A model generated the notes under the pieces. It saw only the letters and a program-made list of their open reading frames with translations. It made no database searches and was not told the DNA's origin. From positions 3,680,001 to 3,744,000 of the forward strand of contig CBDCOH010000002.1 of assembly GCA_965219685.1 (NCBI GenBank): a stretch of 64,000 nt of DNA, in the 5' to 3' direction. A program made the position numbers and the translations under genes. The stretch comes from Candidatus Spongiisociaceae bacterium (GTDB lineage: Bacteria; Actinomycetota; Acidimicrobiia; Spongiisociales; Spongiisociaceae). This document shows positions 38,395-48,365 of the stretch, piece by piece; the stretch's first letter is position 1, and the number at the start of each line of letters is the position of its first letter.

Positions 38395-39345
38395 ATGATT
38401 GAGCAGTTCACCGACGAGCAGATTCAGCAGTACCGCGACGACGGGTTCCTGATCGTGGAGAACCTGATCGACATGGACGCGGTTATGGAACTGCGGGAGA
38501 GGTACGACCGCATCTTCGACGGGCAGCACGATCTGGTCAACTGGCCGGACGAGTACTACTGGCAGAAGGGTCGGGATCCGGTGGACGCCCACCGGGTGCT
38601 GGCCGGGCTGTGGCGGACCGACCCGGTGGTGGCCAAGCACACCTTCGGTGGGCCGTTCGGCAAGCTGGCGTGCCAGTTGGAAGGCGCCTCGAGCGCCCGC
38701 CTCTGGGCCGATGTCGCCATGTACAAGCCGGAGGGGGGCAAGCCCTTCGACATCCACCAGGACGCGGCCTTCATGTGCTGGGTCGACCCGGTTTGGAACT
38801 GGACGTGCTGGATCGCCCTCGACGACACCTACGCCGATGGGGGCACCCTCGTCTACGTCCGGGGGAGCCACAAGTGGGGGCCGCAGCCGGCGCCCGGCAC
38901 CACCCAGATCTCCCGGGACACGATGGAGGGGTGGACCGACTACGTACAGCAGTTCGCGCCCGAGGGTGCGGAAGTGGAGTTGGTCCCCCTGGTCTTCGGG
39001 GCCGGATCGGCCGCATTCCATACCGGCTGGATATGGCACGGCAGCGGGCCCAACACCCGGCCGGGGAACATCCGGCGGTCCTACAGCGTTCACATGATCC
39101 CGGCCACCTCCACGCACCATCCCCGGATCCGGCACCGCGCCTACAGCCGCTACTTCGCTCCTGGCCAGACACAGTTCGACGACAACTTCTTCCCGGTTCT
39201 CTGGTCGGAGGACGGCTACCGGAGCCCGTGGCTGGACGAGTACGCCGCCCAGGAGATCCCGATCGACGCCTTCTCCTCCGATGCCGTGCTCACCCTCGGC
39301 GACGACGGGATCAATGTCGAGCCGTGGGCGACCGCCGCGGGTTGA
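38395..39345 (+). CDS. Phytanoyl-CoA dioxygenase (PhyH) family Fe(II)/2OG dioxygenase
   Basis: QYRDDGFL, HQD, WIALDD, GSHKW and FHTGWIWHGSGPN...RR. Confidence 0.9.
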   Translation: MIEQFTDEQIQQYRDDGFLIVENLIDMDAVMELRERYDRIFDGQHDLVNWPDEYYWQKGRDPVDAHRVLAGLWRTDPVVAKHTFGGPFGKLACQLEGASSARLWADVAMYKPEGGKPFDIHQDAAFMCWVDPVWNWTCWIALDDTYADGGTLVYVRGSHKWGPQPAPGTTQISRDTMEGWTDYVQQFAPEGAEVELVPLVFGAGSAAFHTGWIWHGSGPNTRPGNIRRSYSVHMIPATSTHHPRIRHRAYSRYFAPGQTQFDDNFFPVLWSEDGYRSPWLDEYAAQEIPIDAFSSDAVLTLGDDGINVEPWATAAG

Positions 39346-39409
39346 AGGGTCCGGTAGCCGCCGTTCGAGCATGAGCGCCGCTGCACGCGGGTAGTCGGCC
39401 GGCGGGGAC

Positions 39410-40627
39410 ATGTTCGCGAGGGGTCTCCGCTGCACCAGGTGCCGGGCCGAGTGGGACCTCGGCCCCTACTTCCGGGGATGTCCTAGCTGCCATGACGCCC
39501 TCGAGGTGGTCTACAAGGAGGCCGCGGTCCGCTCGGTTGTCTCCTTGGAGATGTGGGCCCGGCGGCCCGCGTCGGTGTGGCGTTTCGCCGAACTCCTCCC
39601 CCTCCGGGCCGGTGGGGAGAGGGTGACGCTCGGTGAGGGCGGCACGCCGATGATCCAGCTTCCCAGGTCGGAGGAGAACCCGCTTCCGTTCCTCTACCTG
39701 CAGAACGAGACCGTGAACCCGACCTACGCATTCAAGGACCGGTTTCACGCGGTGTCGGTCTCGATGGCGCGCCAGTTCGGGTTCGACCGGGTCGTGTGCT
39801 CGACCACCGGGAACCACGGGATGAGCGCCGCGGCATACGCGGCCCGGGCCCGGATGAGGTGCGTCGTGCTGGCCGACCCCCGTGCTCCGATGGTGCAGCG
39901 GGACTGGATGCGCCTGTTCGGGGCCACGGTGATCGTGGAGATGAACCGCAAACCTCCCCTCCAGGCCTTCGTCGAGGAGCACGGCTGGTACCCGTCGACG
40001 TACATGACCCCGATGCCGGTCTCGACGCCGTACGGGGTGGAGGGGTACAAGACCATGGCCTACGAGGCGGTACTCGCCCTGGGGCGGGCACCGGATCACT
40101 ACCTGTTCCCGGTGGCGGCGGGCGACGGGCTGTACGGTCCGTGGAAGGGCTTCCAGGAGTTGTACCGGCTGGGTCTCATCAAGGCCCTTCCCCGCGTGCA
40201 CGGGGTGCAGGCGGCAGGCGCCAACCCGATCGTGGAGGCCATCGGGCAGGGCTTGGACGATGTCCCCGTGCACCCCGGTCCTGACACTGTGGCGCTCTCG
40301 ATCGCCGACGACACGGGAGGGCGGATCGCTCTCCAGGCAATCCGCGACTCGGGAGGCACCGCGGTCGAGGTCACCGACGCGGCGATCATCGAGGCCCTCC
40401 ATCGGGCGGCCAGGGTAGGGATGAGCCCCGAGCCGGCCTCGGCCGCCGCCCTGGCCGGGGCTTGGAGACTGGCCGAGCAAGGGATAATCGAGCCCGGAGA
40501 TTTCGTGGTGTGTTGCATAACGGGCGCAGGACCGAAGTGGCCAGGGGTAATGTCGGGTCGGGTTCCGGGCGAGGAACTCGTCAACCCGGGACGGGCCGCT
40601 CTGCACAGGCTGATGACGGGACGCTGA
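39410..40627 (+). CDS. Threonine synthase-like fold-type II PLP enzyme
   Basis: N-terminal CxxC..CxxC, TLGEGGTP, NPTYAFKDR, STTGNHG, EGYKT, EPASA and ITG. Confidence 0.85.
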   Translation: MFARGLRCTRCRAEWDLGPYFRGCPSCHDALEVVYKEAAVRSVVSLEMWARRPASVWRFAELLPLRAGGERVTLGEGGTPMIQLPRSEENPLPFLYLQNETVNPTYAFKDRFHAVSVSMARQFGFDRVVCSTTGNHGMSAAAYAARARMRCVVLADPRAPMVQRDWMRLFGATVIVEMNRKPPLQAFVEEHGWYPSTYMTPMPVSTPYGVEGYKTMAYEAVLALGRAPDHYLFPVAAGDGLYGPWKGFQELYRLGLIKALPRVHGVQAAGANPIVEAIGQGLDDVPVHPGPDTVALSIADDTGGRIALQAIRDSGGTAVEVTDAAIIEALHRAARVGMSPEPASAAALAGAWRLAEQGIIEPGDFVVCCITGAGPKWPGVMSGRVPGEELVNPGRAALHRLMTGR

Positions 40628-40651
40628 CCGGACGCGCGAGGAGTTGATGCA

Positions 40652-41461
40652 ATGACATCCACCGTTGAAGAGCTGATCACCTTCTTCCGTTCGGACTACT
40701 GGGCGGAGCACATCGAGTTGATGCACCGTCCCGACATAACCCTCCACGAGGTGATGCTGGCGACCAGCGTCCACCCCGTGACTCTCGAGTTCCTGTTCGA
40801 GCGCTACATCGCCGCGGCCGGCAAGAACGTCGTCAACGTGGGCCATGCTGTGGTCGGCAACAGAGGCCTGATCAAGTACTACACGTCGGACCGACCTTCG
40901 TTCTTCCTCATGTGGACCTACGGTGACGAGGCCCTGATCGGTCCGGACCCCGACGGCAGGACCGTCCTACTGGACGACGACGGTGAGCAGTCCTACCTGG
41001 ACGACATCGAGCCGAGAAGGATCTCCGACTCGGACCACGACGTCATCGACCGTTACTTCGCCTCCGAACACTGGGACGAGATGCTCGCAAAGTTTCGGGA
41101 TCCGGACATCGAGCACTTCCACGACTACCTGCTCACCGATATACACCCCTACGACTTGGCGGAGCGGTGCAACGCAGCGATAGCGGATGCCGGTTACGGA
41201 GAGGTCGAGCCGTACTACCTGGCGAGGCCGGACATCGGCTCGATGTGGATCGGTTACGCCCCGCCCGGCACCAAGTCGATGGAGTTCGTGGCGACCCACA
41301 CGCCGGGAGCCGTTTTGGAACCGCAGGAGTTGACCGCCGAGGACCGAGCCTACGGAGGTGACGGTTTCACTATCACCCAGATGAGGGAGTTCGTAGCCAA
41401 GGACCCCTACCGGCCGGTGACCCTCAGCGAAGCGCGAGCCGTCCTCGCAGAAGTCCTGTAG
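40652..41461 (+). CDS. Hypothetical two-repeat protein with HFH...HP motif
   Basis: GAGGAG RBS; full-length paralog of 53334-54149. Confidence 0.8.
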   Translation: MTSTVEELITFFRSDYWAEHIELMHRPDITLHEVMLATSVHPVTLEFLFERYIAAAGKNVVNVGHAVVGNRGLIKYYTSDRPSFFLMWTYGDEALIGPDPDGRTVLLDDDGEQSYLDDIEPRRISDSDHDVIDRYFASEHWDEMLAKFRDPDIEHFHDYLLTDIHPYDLAERCNAAIADAGYGEVEPYYLARPDIGSMWIGYAPPGTKSMEFVATHTPGAVLEPQELTAEDRAYGGDGFTITQMREFVAKDPYRPVTLSEARAVLAEVL

Positions 41462-41555
41462 GAGGGATTCACCCTCCGAGACACTTGTACATCGACGAAA
41501 TACAAAACCGTTGGTGGCCGTCTAGTGTCGGGGTAAGCATGGAGGGGAGGTTGCC

Positions 41556-42605
41556 GTGAGAGACGAGGGCAAGGTCATCACCGTCAATGGTCCGGTCGAG
41601 CCTGAACAGCTCGGGATCACCCTCATGCACGAGCACCTGCTGTTCACGTGCCTGATGTGGTTCCTGGAGGAGAGTCATCGTGGCCTGGGGTCGGATGCCT
41701 ACATGCCGGTGACCGCCCAGAACGCGGCCCTGCTCCGGGAGTTCCCGTATCACAACCGGGACAACCTGATCAACACCGACTGGTATCTCACCGCGATGGA
41801 GGTCAGACGTTTTAAGATGGCGCTGGGCCGCACTGTCGTGGACTCCTCGGACCTCGGCCTCGGCAGGGACGTGTGGGGGTTGCGCAAGATCGCCGATGAC
41901 GTCGGGGTCAACATCATCTCGGGTACCGGGTACTACGTCCACCACGCCCAGCCCTGGTACGTCGATTCGATGACCGAGCACGAGATGGCGGAGGGCATGA
42001 TCCGGGACATCACCGAGGGCGCGGACGGCACTGACATCCGCTGCGGGCTGATCGGGGAGATCGGGACATCGGATCCGGTCGCTCCGTCCGAGTGGAAGGC
42101 TTTGAGAGCCGCCGCCATCACCCACCACGCCACGGGTGCCGCGATCCAGATCCACGCGTTGCATGAACAGAGGCTGATGCCCGACATCCTGGACCTGCTG
42201 ATCGAGGAGATGGGAGTGCACCCCACCAGGGTGATCGCCGGTCACATGGACCTGACCACCGGCGACCGCGGCTACATGAAGCGGGTCGCTGAGTACGGCA
42301 CCTTCTTCGAACTCGACGGATTCGGCCACCCGTGCCCAACCGAAGGGGTGTACGTCACCGACGCTGACCGGGTCGGAGCCGTCGAGTGGATGATCTCCGA
42401 GGGTCGTGAGGACCAGTTGCTGTTCTCCCATGACATCGGGCTCAAGGCGAGGCTGTCCAGCTTCGGGGGGCCCGGCTACGACCACATCATGAACGTGATC
42501 ATCCCCGCGCTGAGCAGGGATGGCGTTCCCCGCGACGTCATCAACAAGATCCTGATCGAAAACCCGCGCCGGGTGCTGACCCTCGCCGAGGAGTCACCTG
42601 CCTGA
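41556..42605 (+). CDS. Phosphotriesterase-like amidohydrolase
   Basis: TLMHEH, GTGYY, GLIGEIG, QIH, GHMD and SHD; close paralog of 50610-51656. Confidence 0.9.
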   Translation: MRDEGKVITVNGPVEPEQLGITLMHEHLLFTCLMWFLEESHRGLGSDAYMPVTAQNAALLREFPYHNRDNLINTDWYLTAMEVRRFKMALGRTVVDSSDLGLGRDVWGLRKIADDVGVNIISGTGYYVHHAQPWYVDSMTEHEMAEGMIRDITEGADGTDIRCGLIGEIGTSDPVAPSEWKALRAAAITHHATGAAIQIHALHEQRLMPDILDLLIEEMGVHPTRVIAGHMDLTTGDRGYMKRVAEYGTFFELDGFGHPCPTEGVYVTDADRVGAVEWMISEGREDQLLFSHDIGLKARLSSFGGPGYDHIMNVIIPALSRDGVPRDVINKILIENPRRVLTLAEESPA

Positions 42606-42655
42606 CAACCGAGCCGATCATCTCGGTACCGACCAGGAAAGGCGTTTCCATGGAC

Positions 42656-42697
42656 AGAGAATGGCGCTCGGCCTCACGGGGCCAAGCGCCATCCTCT
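42656..42697. terminator. Hairpin between convergent genes
   Basis: ATGGCGCTCGGCC...GGCCAAGCGCCAT inverted repeat. Confidence 0.55.
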
Positions 42698-42741
42698 TGA
42701 TTCGCGGCGACCTGCGGCGGTGCCGGTCGGCCTTCTACCGC

Positions 42742-43932
42742 CTAGTTGAGCGGTGAGTTCACGTACTCCATCAGGTCTTCCCGGGCCAGCAGCTTGTCGA
42801 GCCACTCTCCGGAGACCTGGAAGGTACGCCAGTCGTCATCCGCGCTGTACTCACCTGCGGCCACACCCCTGTCGAACAGGAACCCGATCGACTTCTCGTT
42901 GTCGAGCGGCGACCCGGTGGTGAAGAATTCGGCTTTGGCGTCCTCGGCCGTCGGGAAGTAGTTCAGGCTGGTCATGATCTCATGGGTGGTGGTGGTCCCG
43001 AGAGTCCCGCCCGTGGCTATCGCCACGTTGTCGTCGACCAGTGGGATGACGACGTCCGGCTTCTCGTGCAGGTAACGCACGGCGCGATAGAAAGCCGCCA
43101 CCGATCGCAGGGCTGCTTCCGGATTGGCGTCGAGGAAGGTCTGGGTGGTTCCCATGGTGCTGAACCACAGCCCTCCCGGACCGAACGCGTTGAAGGGCGC
43201 CGCCACGACGAAGTCCTTCGCCGTCTCAGGGTCGTAGACCATCCGGGCCACCTGTGACAGCGTCCCGAAGTAGATGTCACCCTCGCCTGCCATGAACGCC
43301 AGCCCCGCCTTGGGCAGGTCGGGGAAACCTATCCGGTTCAGATCGTCGGCGGTGAGGCCGCCCTGGTTCATCATGGCTTCCACGAGCGCGATGTCGCCGG
43401 CGTCCCACACGGGGAGGGTCATCCCTTCGATGGACTTGATGAAGGCCTCCGTGGCCGCATCCTCATCGCCGAGATCGTCGAGAAAGTCGTACCAGGTCTT
43501 CATTCCGGGCCTGCCGACCAGGATGAAACCCTTGAACTGGTTGGTGATCATGAAGTCCCGGTACTCGGGGAAGTTCGCCCAGGACGACGCCACGCAGACC
43601 TGGCACGAGAACATCATGTCGAAATCCCCGCCGATCAGTCCCTGCAACGGGAAGTCGGTGAACTTGATGATCTCGATATCGATACCGAGGTCGGTGTCTA
43701 TCCCGAACTCGTCCACCCATATCCAGGGCTCGTCGTCGTAGGACACGCCCTCGGCCACCCGGACCTTGACGATTTCCCCGTCGATGCCGTCACTTAACTT
43801 GGCCGGCGCTGCGGTTTTCGGCGCTGCGGTGGTAGCAGCTGCCGTTGTGGTCGTGGGCTCCTCGTCATCCGCGCATGCCGCGGCAACCAGAACGAAAACG
43901 AGGGCGAGAACCGCCCACTTCGTGTATTTCAT
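42742..43932 (-). CDS. ABC transporter substrate-binding lipoprotein
   Basis: Lipobox VAAAC, Thr/Ala linker; shares SYDD, FSCQxC and ITNQ with 20143-21507. Confidence 0.78.
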   Translation of the reverse strand: MKYTKWAVLALVFVLVAAACADDEEPTTTTAAATTAAPKTAAPAKLSDGIDGEIVKVRVAEGVSYDDEPWIWVDEFGIDTDLGIDIEIIKFTDFPLQGLIGGDFDMMFSCQVCVASSWANFPEYRDFMITNQFKGFILVGRPGMKTWYDFLDDLGDEDAATEAFIKSIEGMTLPVWDAGDIALVEAMMNQGGLTADDLNRIGFPDLPKAGLAFMAGEGDIYFGTLSQVARMVYDPETAKDFVVAAPFNAFGPGGLWFSTMGTTQTFLDANPEAALRSVAAFYRAVRYLHEKPDVVIPLVDDNVAIATGGTLGTTTTHEIMTSLNYFPTAEDAKAEFFTTGSPLDNEKSIGFLFDRGVAAGEYSADDDWRTFQVSGEWLDKLLAREDLMEYVNSPLN

Positions 43933-44011
43933 ATGATCCCCTTCGGTCGGTTGCTTGTCCGGGTCTTCTGCTAGGTCGCTCGTTTAGTTCCTTGGGGGCT
44001 TGCTGTCGACG

Positions 44012-44866
44012 TCAAGACCTGCCGAGCATATCACTCACTATCCCGGTGGGTCGGGTGCGAGGACTCCATCTTGTGGCATGCCGGAAGAAGGACTTGACGA
44101 TCTGATCGAAGATGATGGCGAGGATCCCGAAGATGATCACGATGAGCACAACCCCGGGCGTGTCCAGGTAGGAACCACGGATGAGCATTATGTAGCCCAG
44201 CCCTGTCTGGGAACCGCTGTACTCCGCGGCCACGTCCAGGCCGAACGAGTAGGCAGTGGCAAGCCGGATACCCGCGATCAGGTGGGGGGTGATCGCCGGG
44301 ACGACGATCGTCCTGTACACGTCCCGGCGGGTGGCGCCGAGCGTCAGCGAAGCTCTCACGTAGACGGGCGAGACGCTGCGGATGGCCTCGATGGTGACGA
44401 CCGACAGGAGCAGGAAGACGCCCAGCGAAACGAGGGCTATCTGCGGCGCCTTACCTATACCGAACCAGAGAATGAACAGAGGTATCAGGGCAAAGAGGGG
44501 AATCGGGCGGATCAGGTCGACCGGGCCCTCGAAGAAATCACGGGCTTGGCGGCTCAATCCGAATAGCAGCCCGGCGATGATCCCCAACGAGCCACCGATG
44601 AAGAGGCCTCCGAGGATCATCTGCATGGATATGAGGAACCCCGTCAGCAACTCGTCCCGGATAGCCCAGAACACCTGCCAGATTCGGTAAGGAGACGGAA
44701 GGAAGACCTCGCGGATATCGGTCAGTTCCGTGAGCGCCACCCAGATAACGGCGGCGACGGCCGGGACGACCAGTGTCTTGAGGGTGCGAGCCGAGACACG
44801 GCGAGTTCTCGGCGGCGTCTCTCCTGCGGGCGGTGGGTCGCTCGAGATGTCCTGGCCTACTGACAT
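44012..44866 (-). CDS. ABC transporter permease (NitT/TauT)
   Basis: FLPSP, PIPLFALIPLFILWFG and VAAEY. Confidence 0.88.
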   Translation of the reverse strand: MSVGQDISSDPPPAGETPPRTRRVSARTLKTLVVPAVAAVIWVALTELTDIREVFLPSPYRIWQVFWAIRDELLTGFLISMQMILGGLFIGGSLGIIAGLLFGLSRQARDFFEGPVDLIRPIPLFALIPLFILWFGIGKAPQIALVSLGVFLLLSVVTIEAIRSVSPVYVRASLTLGATRRDVYRTIVVPAITPHLIAGIRLATAYSFGLDVAAEYSGSQTGLGYIMLIRGSYLDTPGVVLIVIIFGILAIIFDQIVKSFFRHATRWSPRTRPTGIVSDMLGRS

Positions 44867-45031
44867 GGCCTGCTCCGGCGGGTTGGAAGGAGGCGGACCT
44901 CCCCGGCGGTTTGTGAACCGCCAACCCTGTTGGTCTATGACGCGCCGCCGAGTGTATCAGCCGCCACCAGGGCGGTACGGCGGGGACGGGATCGGCTTTG
45001 CCCGATTCGAGATCGGCGCCGCCGCCTGCGT

Positions 45032-46243
45032 TCAGGCGAGTTCGACCACCTGCCGTACTCGATCGGCGACGTGCACTCCGATGGCGAGCGACGACGTTGC
45101 AGCCGGCGACGGGGCGTTCAGCACGTGGACCGATCTGGGGCCGGCCTGGATGAGGAAGTCATCGTGGAGATCGCCGGAGCGGGTCAGGGCCAGCGCCCGG
45201 ACCCCGGATCGACCCCGTCTGAAATCCGCCGGGTCGAGTTGCGGTACGAGCTCGCGCGCCGAACGCACGAACAGGCGGCGGCTTGCCGACCGGATTATCT
45301 CGGCGGCCCCGGACCGCCAGTGCCGGCGCGCCAACCTCAGGAAGCCGGGGTAGGTCAGCGACTGCATCAGTTCCGCGGGCCGCACCGTTCCCCGGCCGTA
45401 TCCCTCGCGGGCCAGCGCGGGCACCGCGTTGGGGCCGGCATGCACCGAGCCGTCCGCCGACCGGGTCAGGTGAAGACCGAGGAAGGGCAGCTTCGGGTCC
45501 GGAACGGGATAGATCGACGAGCGGACGAACCCGGCGCTGGGACCCGTGATGTCGTAGTACTCGCCCCGGAAGGCGACGATCCGGACTTCCGGGGCGAGGC
45601 CCGCCGCCATGGCCAGGCGGTCGCTGTAGAGACCGCCGCAGTTGACGATTGCACGTGCCGTAACGGACCGGTGCGGTCCCTCGACCGTTACGTGTGATCG
45701 GGCGACGTCGATGTGTTCCACGCGGAACGAGGTCGAGATCGTCGCGCCCCGTTCCCGGAGGACCTCCGCAAGAGCGCGGCACACGTCGGCGAAGTTCACC
45801 GCGCCGGTCTCCGGGACATGCAGAGCCTCGACACATACGGCGTGCGGCTCGAGCTCGCGGAGCTGGTCCGGGCCGATGCGCCTCACGTCCCGGAGACCGT
45901 TGGCTCGCCCCCTCCGTTCGAGTCGGGCCAGCGCCGGAAGCTGCGCCTCGGTCGTGGCGACGACGACCTTCCCGTCGCGGGTGTACGCGACTCCTCGCTC
46001 GTCACAGAACCTGACCAGGCGGGCGATCCCGTCCCGGCACAGGGTCGCCCTCAGCGAGCCGGCGCGGTAGTAGAGCCCGGAGTGGATGACCCCGCTGTTA
46101 CGCCCCGACTGGTGAGCAGCAAGCTCGGGCTCCTTCTCCAGCACGATGACGTTCGGGCGCGGAACCCGCCCGGTCAGCGCCATCGCCGTCGCCAGGCCGA
46201 CGATGCCGCCGCCGATGATCGCCACGTCGTATTCAGGCACCAT
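45032..46243 (-). CDS. lhgO: L-2-hydroxyglutarate oxidase family FAD oxidoreductase
   Basis: GGGIVG, HQSGRNSGVIHSG, FRGEYY, YPVPDP..PFLGLH and HVLNAPSPAATSSL. Confidence 0.85.
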   Translation of the reverse strand: MVPEYDVAIIGGGIVGLATAMALTGRVPRPNVIVLEKEPELAAHQSGRNSGVIHSGLYYRAGSLRATLCRDGIARLVRFCDERGVAYTRDGKVVVATTEAQLPALARLERRGRANGLRDVRRIGPDQLRELEPHAVCVEALHVPETGAVNFADVCRALAEVLRERGATISTSFRVEHIDVARSHVTVEGPHRSVTARAIVNCGGLYSDRLAMAAGLAPEVRIVAFRGEYYDITGPSAGFVRSSIYPVPDPKLPFLGLHLTRSADGSVHAGPNAVPALAREGYGRGTVRPAELMQSLTYPGFLRLARRHWRSGAAEIIRSASRRLFVRSARELVPQLDPADFRRGRSGVRALALTRSGDLHDDFLIQAGPRSVHVLNAPSPAATSSLAIGVHVADRVRQVVELA

Positions 46244-46254
46244 GACGATGATCG

Positions 46255-47193
46255 CTACGGCTTCAAGACCAGCCGACCGGCGACTGCGCCCGCTCGCAGG
46301 CGGTCCAAGGCGGTGTTGGCATCATGCAGAGGCAGCACTTCGACGTGGCACTCGACGTTCCCTCGCTGCGCATGGGCCAGTACGGTCGTGACATCTGACC
46401 GCGATCCCATGATGGAAGTGCTCACCCACGCCTCGTAGGGAATCGTCTCCATGCCCACGCGGATCGTCGCGCCGCCGCCTCCCACTATCACGATCCTCCC
46501 CTTCCGCTCGACCACCGACTTCGCCAACTCCAACGACTCCGGGGTTCCCACGAAGTCGAGCACGACCGGAGCGGGTTCAATGTCGGCTGTGGGCGGGTGA
46601 GCCTCGTCGGCGCCGAGTTCGAGGGCTCGGATCAGCTTCTCGGGGGCCGTGTCCACGGCCGTGACCGAGCAGTCCGCCAGCAGCCGCAGCCACTGGATGG
46701 CGAACTGCCCGAGACCGCCGACCCCGATCACCACCGCCCGCGATGCCGGCATGGCCCTACGGACCGCCCGGTATGCGGTGGCGCCCGCGTCGGCGAGGGC
46801 CGCGGCCACGGCCGGGTCCAGGTCGCCGATGGGGTAGAGGTAGCTTTCGTCCGGGATCACCAGAGCGTCCGCGTAGCCACCGTCCGCATGTACCCCCTCG
46901 ATAACCACGTCGGGGCACATAGCCTCGTCACCCGACCGGCAGTGGACGCAGTCTCCGCATCCCCAGCTGGCATAGACCAGGCACGGCTCCCCACCGGGGC
47001 CGGCCACCACCACTTCGTGGCCGAGAACGTGCGGAGTACGGGTGGCCTCGCTGTCGAGCAGGTCGAGGTCGGTGTGGCAGACCCCGCACGCGAGGACATC
47101 CGCTACGAACCCCGGCGTGGATCGGGGGCTCGGTCGCGGCCGCTCCTCGATCACGAGTGGCGCTCCTGCCGAGCGCATCACGGCAGCCCGCAT
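46255..47193 (-). CDS. Zn-dependent alcohol dehydrogenase
   Basis: GVCHTD, LGHE, CGDCVHC..C and GVGGLG; start at ATG 47193 preferred. Confidence 0.88.
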   Translation of the reverse strand: MRAAVMRSAGAPLVIEERPRPSPRSTPGFVADVLACGVCHTDLDLLDSEATRTPHVLGHEVVVAGPGGEPCLVYASWGCGDCVHCRSGDEAMCPDVVIEGVHADGGYADALVIPDESYLYPIGDLDPAVAAALADAGATAYRAVRRAMPASRAVVIGVGGLGQFAIQWLRLLADCSVTAVDTAPEKLIRALELGADEAHPPTADIEPAPVVLDFVGTPESLELAKSVVERKGRIVIVGGGGATIRVGMETIPYEAWVSTSIMGSRSDVTTVLAHAQRGNVECHVEVLPLHDANTALDRLRAGAVAGRLVLKP

Positions 47194-47221
47194 GCCGGTG
47201 AGGTTATCCAGACCGGTCGGG

Positions 47222-48112
47222 TCAGCCGGTATTGACACCGAACAGTCGAGCCGCGTTGTTCCCGATGTAATCGGCGATGTCGTCGTCGGTGATGTCCGGC
47301 AGGCCGGGGGCGATGTTGAGCTCGGCTGCCTGGGCGGGCAGTGACTTGACGAACGGGAGGTCCTCGCGGCAGTCGTAGTTGTCCGTTCCCCACAGCACCT
47401 TGTCCAGCACCATGAAGTGTTTGGCGTATTTGAGGAAGCGGATGTTGGTCTCGAGAGGTTGCAGGAACCCCCACCAACCGGTGTTGGCGTACACGTTGGG
47501 GTTCTTCAACATCATCATCACGCATTCCTCGTAGTAGTTCTCCCCGGCGTGGACCACCACCAGCTTCAGATCGGGGAAACGCACCGCCACGTCGTCGAGC
47601 AGGAGCGGGTGCTGGTTCTTGAGCAGGAAGTATCCGGACCACCCCGTATGGACGAAGATGACCATCCCAAGCTCCTCCGCCTTCTCGTATATCGGCATGA
47701 TCGATAGGTCGTTGAGCGGCATGTCGAAGCTGCTGGCCGGCGAGATCTTCATCCCCACCAGGCCCATGTCGACGATCTCCTCCATCTCGCGCAACGCGGG
47801 AAGGCCCCCGAACAGGTCGACGCTGCCCAAGCCGATGTAGCGGTCGGGGTATTTGTCAACCGCTGCGGCCACGAAGGAGGGCGGCACCTCCGAGTTGAGA
47901 TGGGGCGCCTTGCTGGCGTGGCAGACCGCCATGTCCACGCCCGCCTCGTCCATGCGCTCGATCATCTGCTCGGCGCTCATGCCCTTGACGAGCCCCGTCT
48001 TGGTGCCTAGGCCACGGGAAGCCCACCCCGCGGCGTACATGGCGTCGTCCATCACGCCCTTGCCGCCCCAGTGCTCCCGCTTCGAGAGCCACACATGGCT
48101 GTCGATGATCAT
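47222..48112 (-). CDS. Amidohydrolase_2-family protein
   Basis: Close paralog of 17348-18238 (IIDSHVW...VHTG...VHAG...WGTD). Confidence 0.85.
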   Translation of the reverse strand: MIIDSHVWLSKREHWGGKGVMDDAMYAAGWASRGLGTKTGLVKGMSAEQMIERMDEAGVDMAVCHASKAPHLNSEVPPSFVAAAVDKYPDRYIGLGSVDLFGGLPALREMEEIVDMGLVGMKISPASSFDMPLNDLSIMPIYEKAEELGMVIFVHTGWSGYFLLKNQHPLLLDDVAVRFPDLKLVVVHAGENYYEECVMMMLKNPNVYANTGWWGFLQPLETNIRFLKYAKHFMVLDKVLWGTDNYDCREDLPFVKSLPAQAAELNIAPGLPDITDDDIADYIGNNAARLFGVNTG

Positions 48113-48365
48113 GGTCGTCCCCTTTCCTTCCGGCCTCCACACCCTGGCCACGAGGCGTGACGTTGGTGTGATCACCATAACCAGACGACCGATCCCGGCT
48201 CCGTCTCCTGGTCGGCCGTGTCGGCCACGATACGCCATCTCCCAATCATCGTCATCGGATGGGCATGGACACGCGCCGTCCGCCATCCGTAAGCTCGGTG
48301 ATGTCCCATTCGGGCTGCGCCAAACCGCAACCCGAACAGGGGAAGACGCAACGGAGTCCGAGACG

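Noticed and set aside
39410-40627. Calling this gene thrC
   Set aside because: Family motifs are present, but the catabolic context and lack of hom/thrB neighbours make the specific function uncertain.
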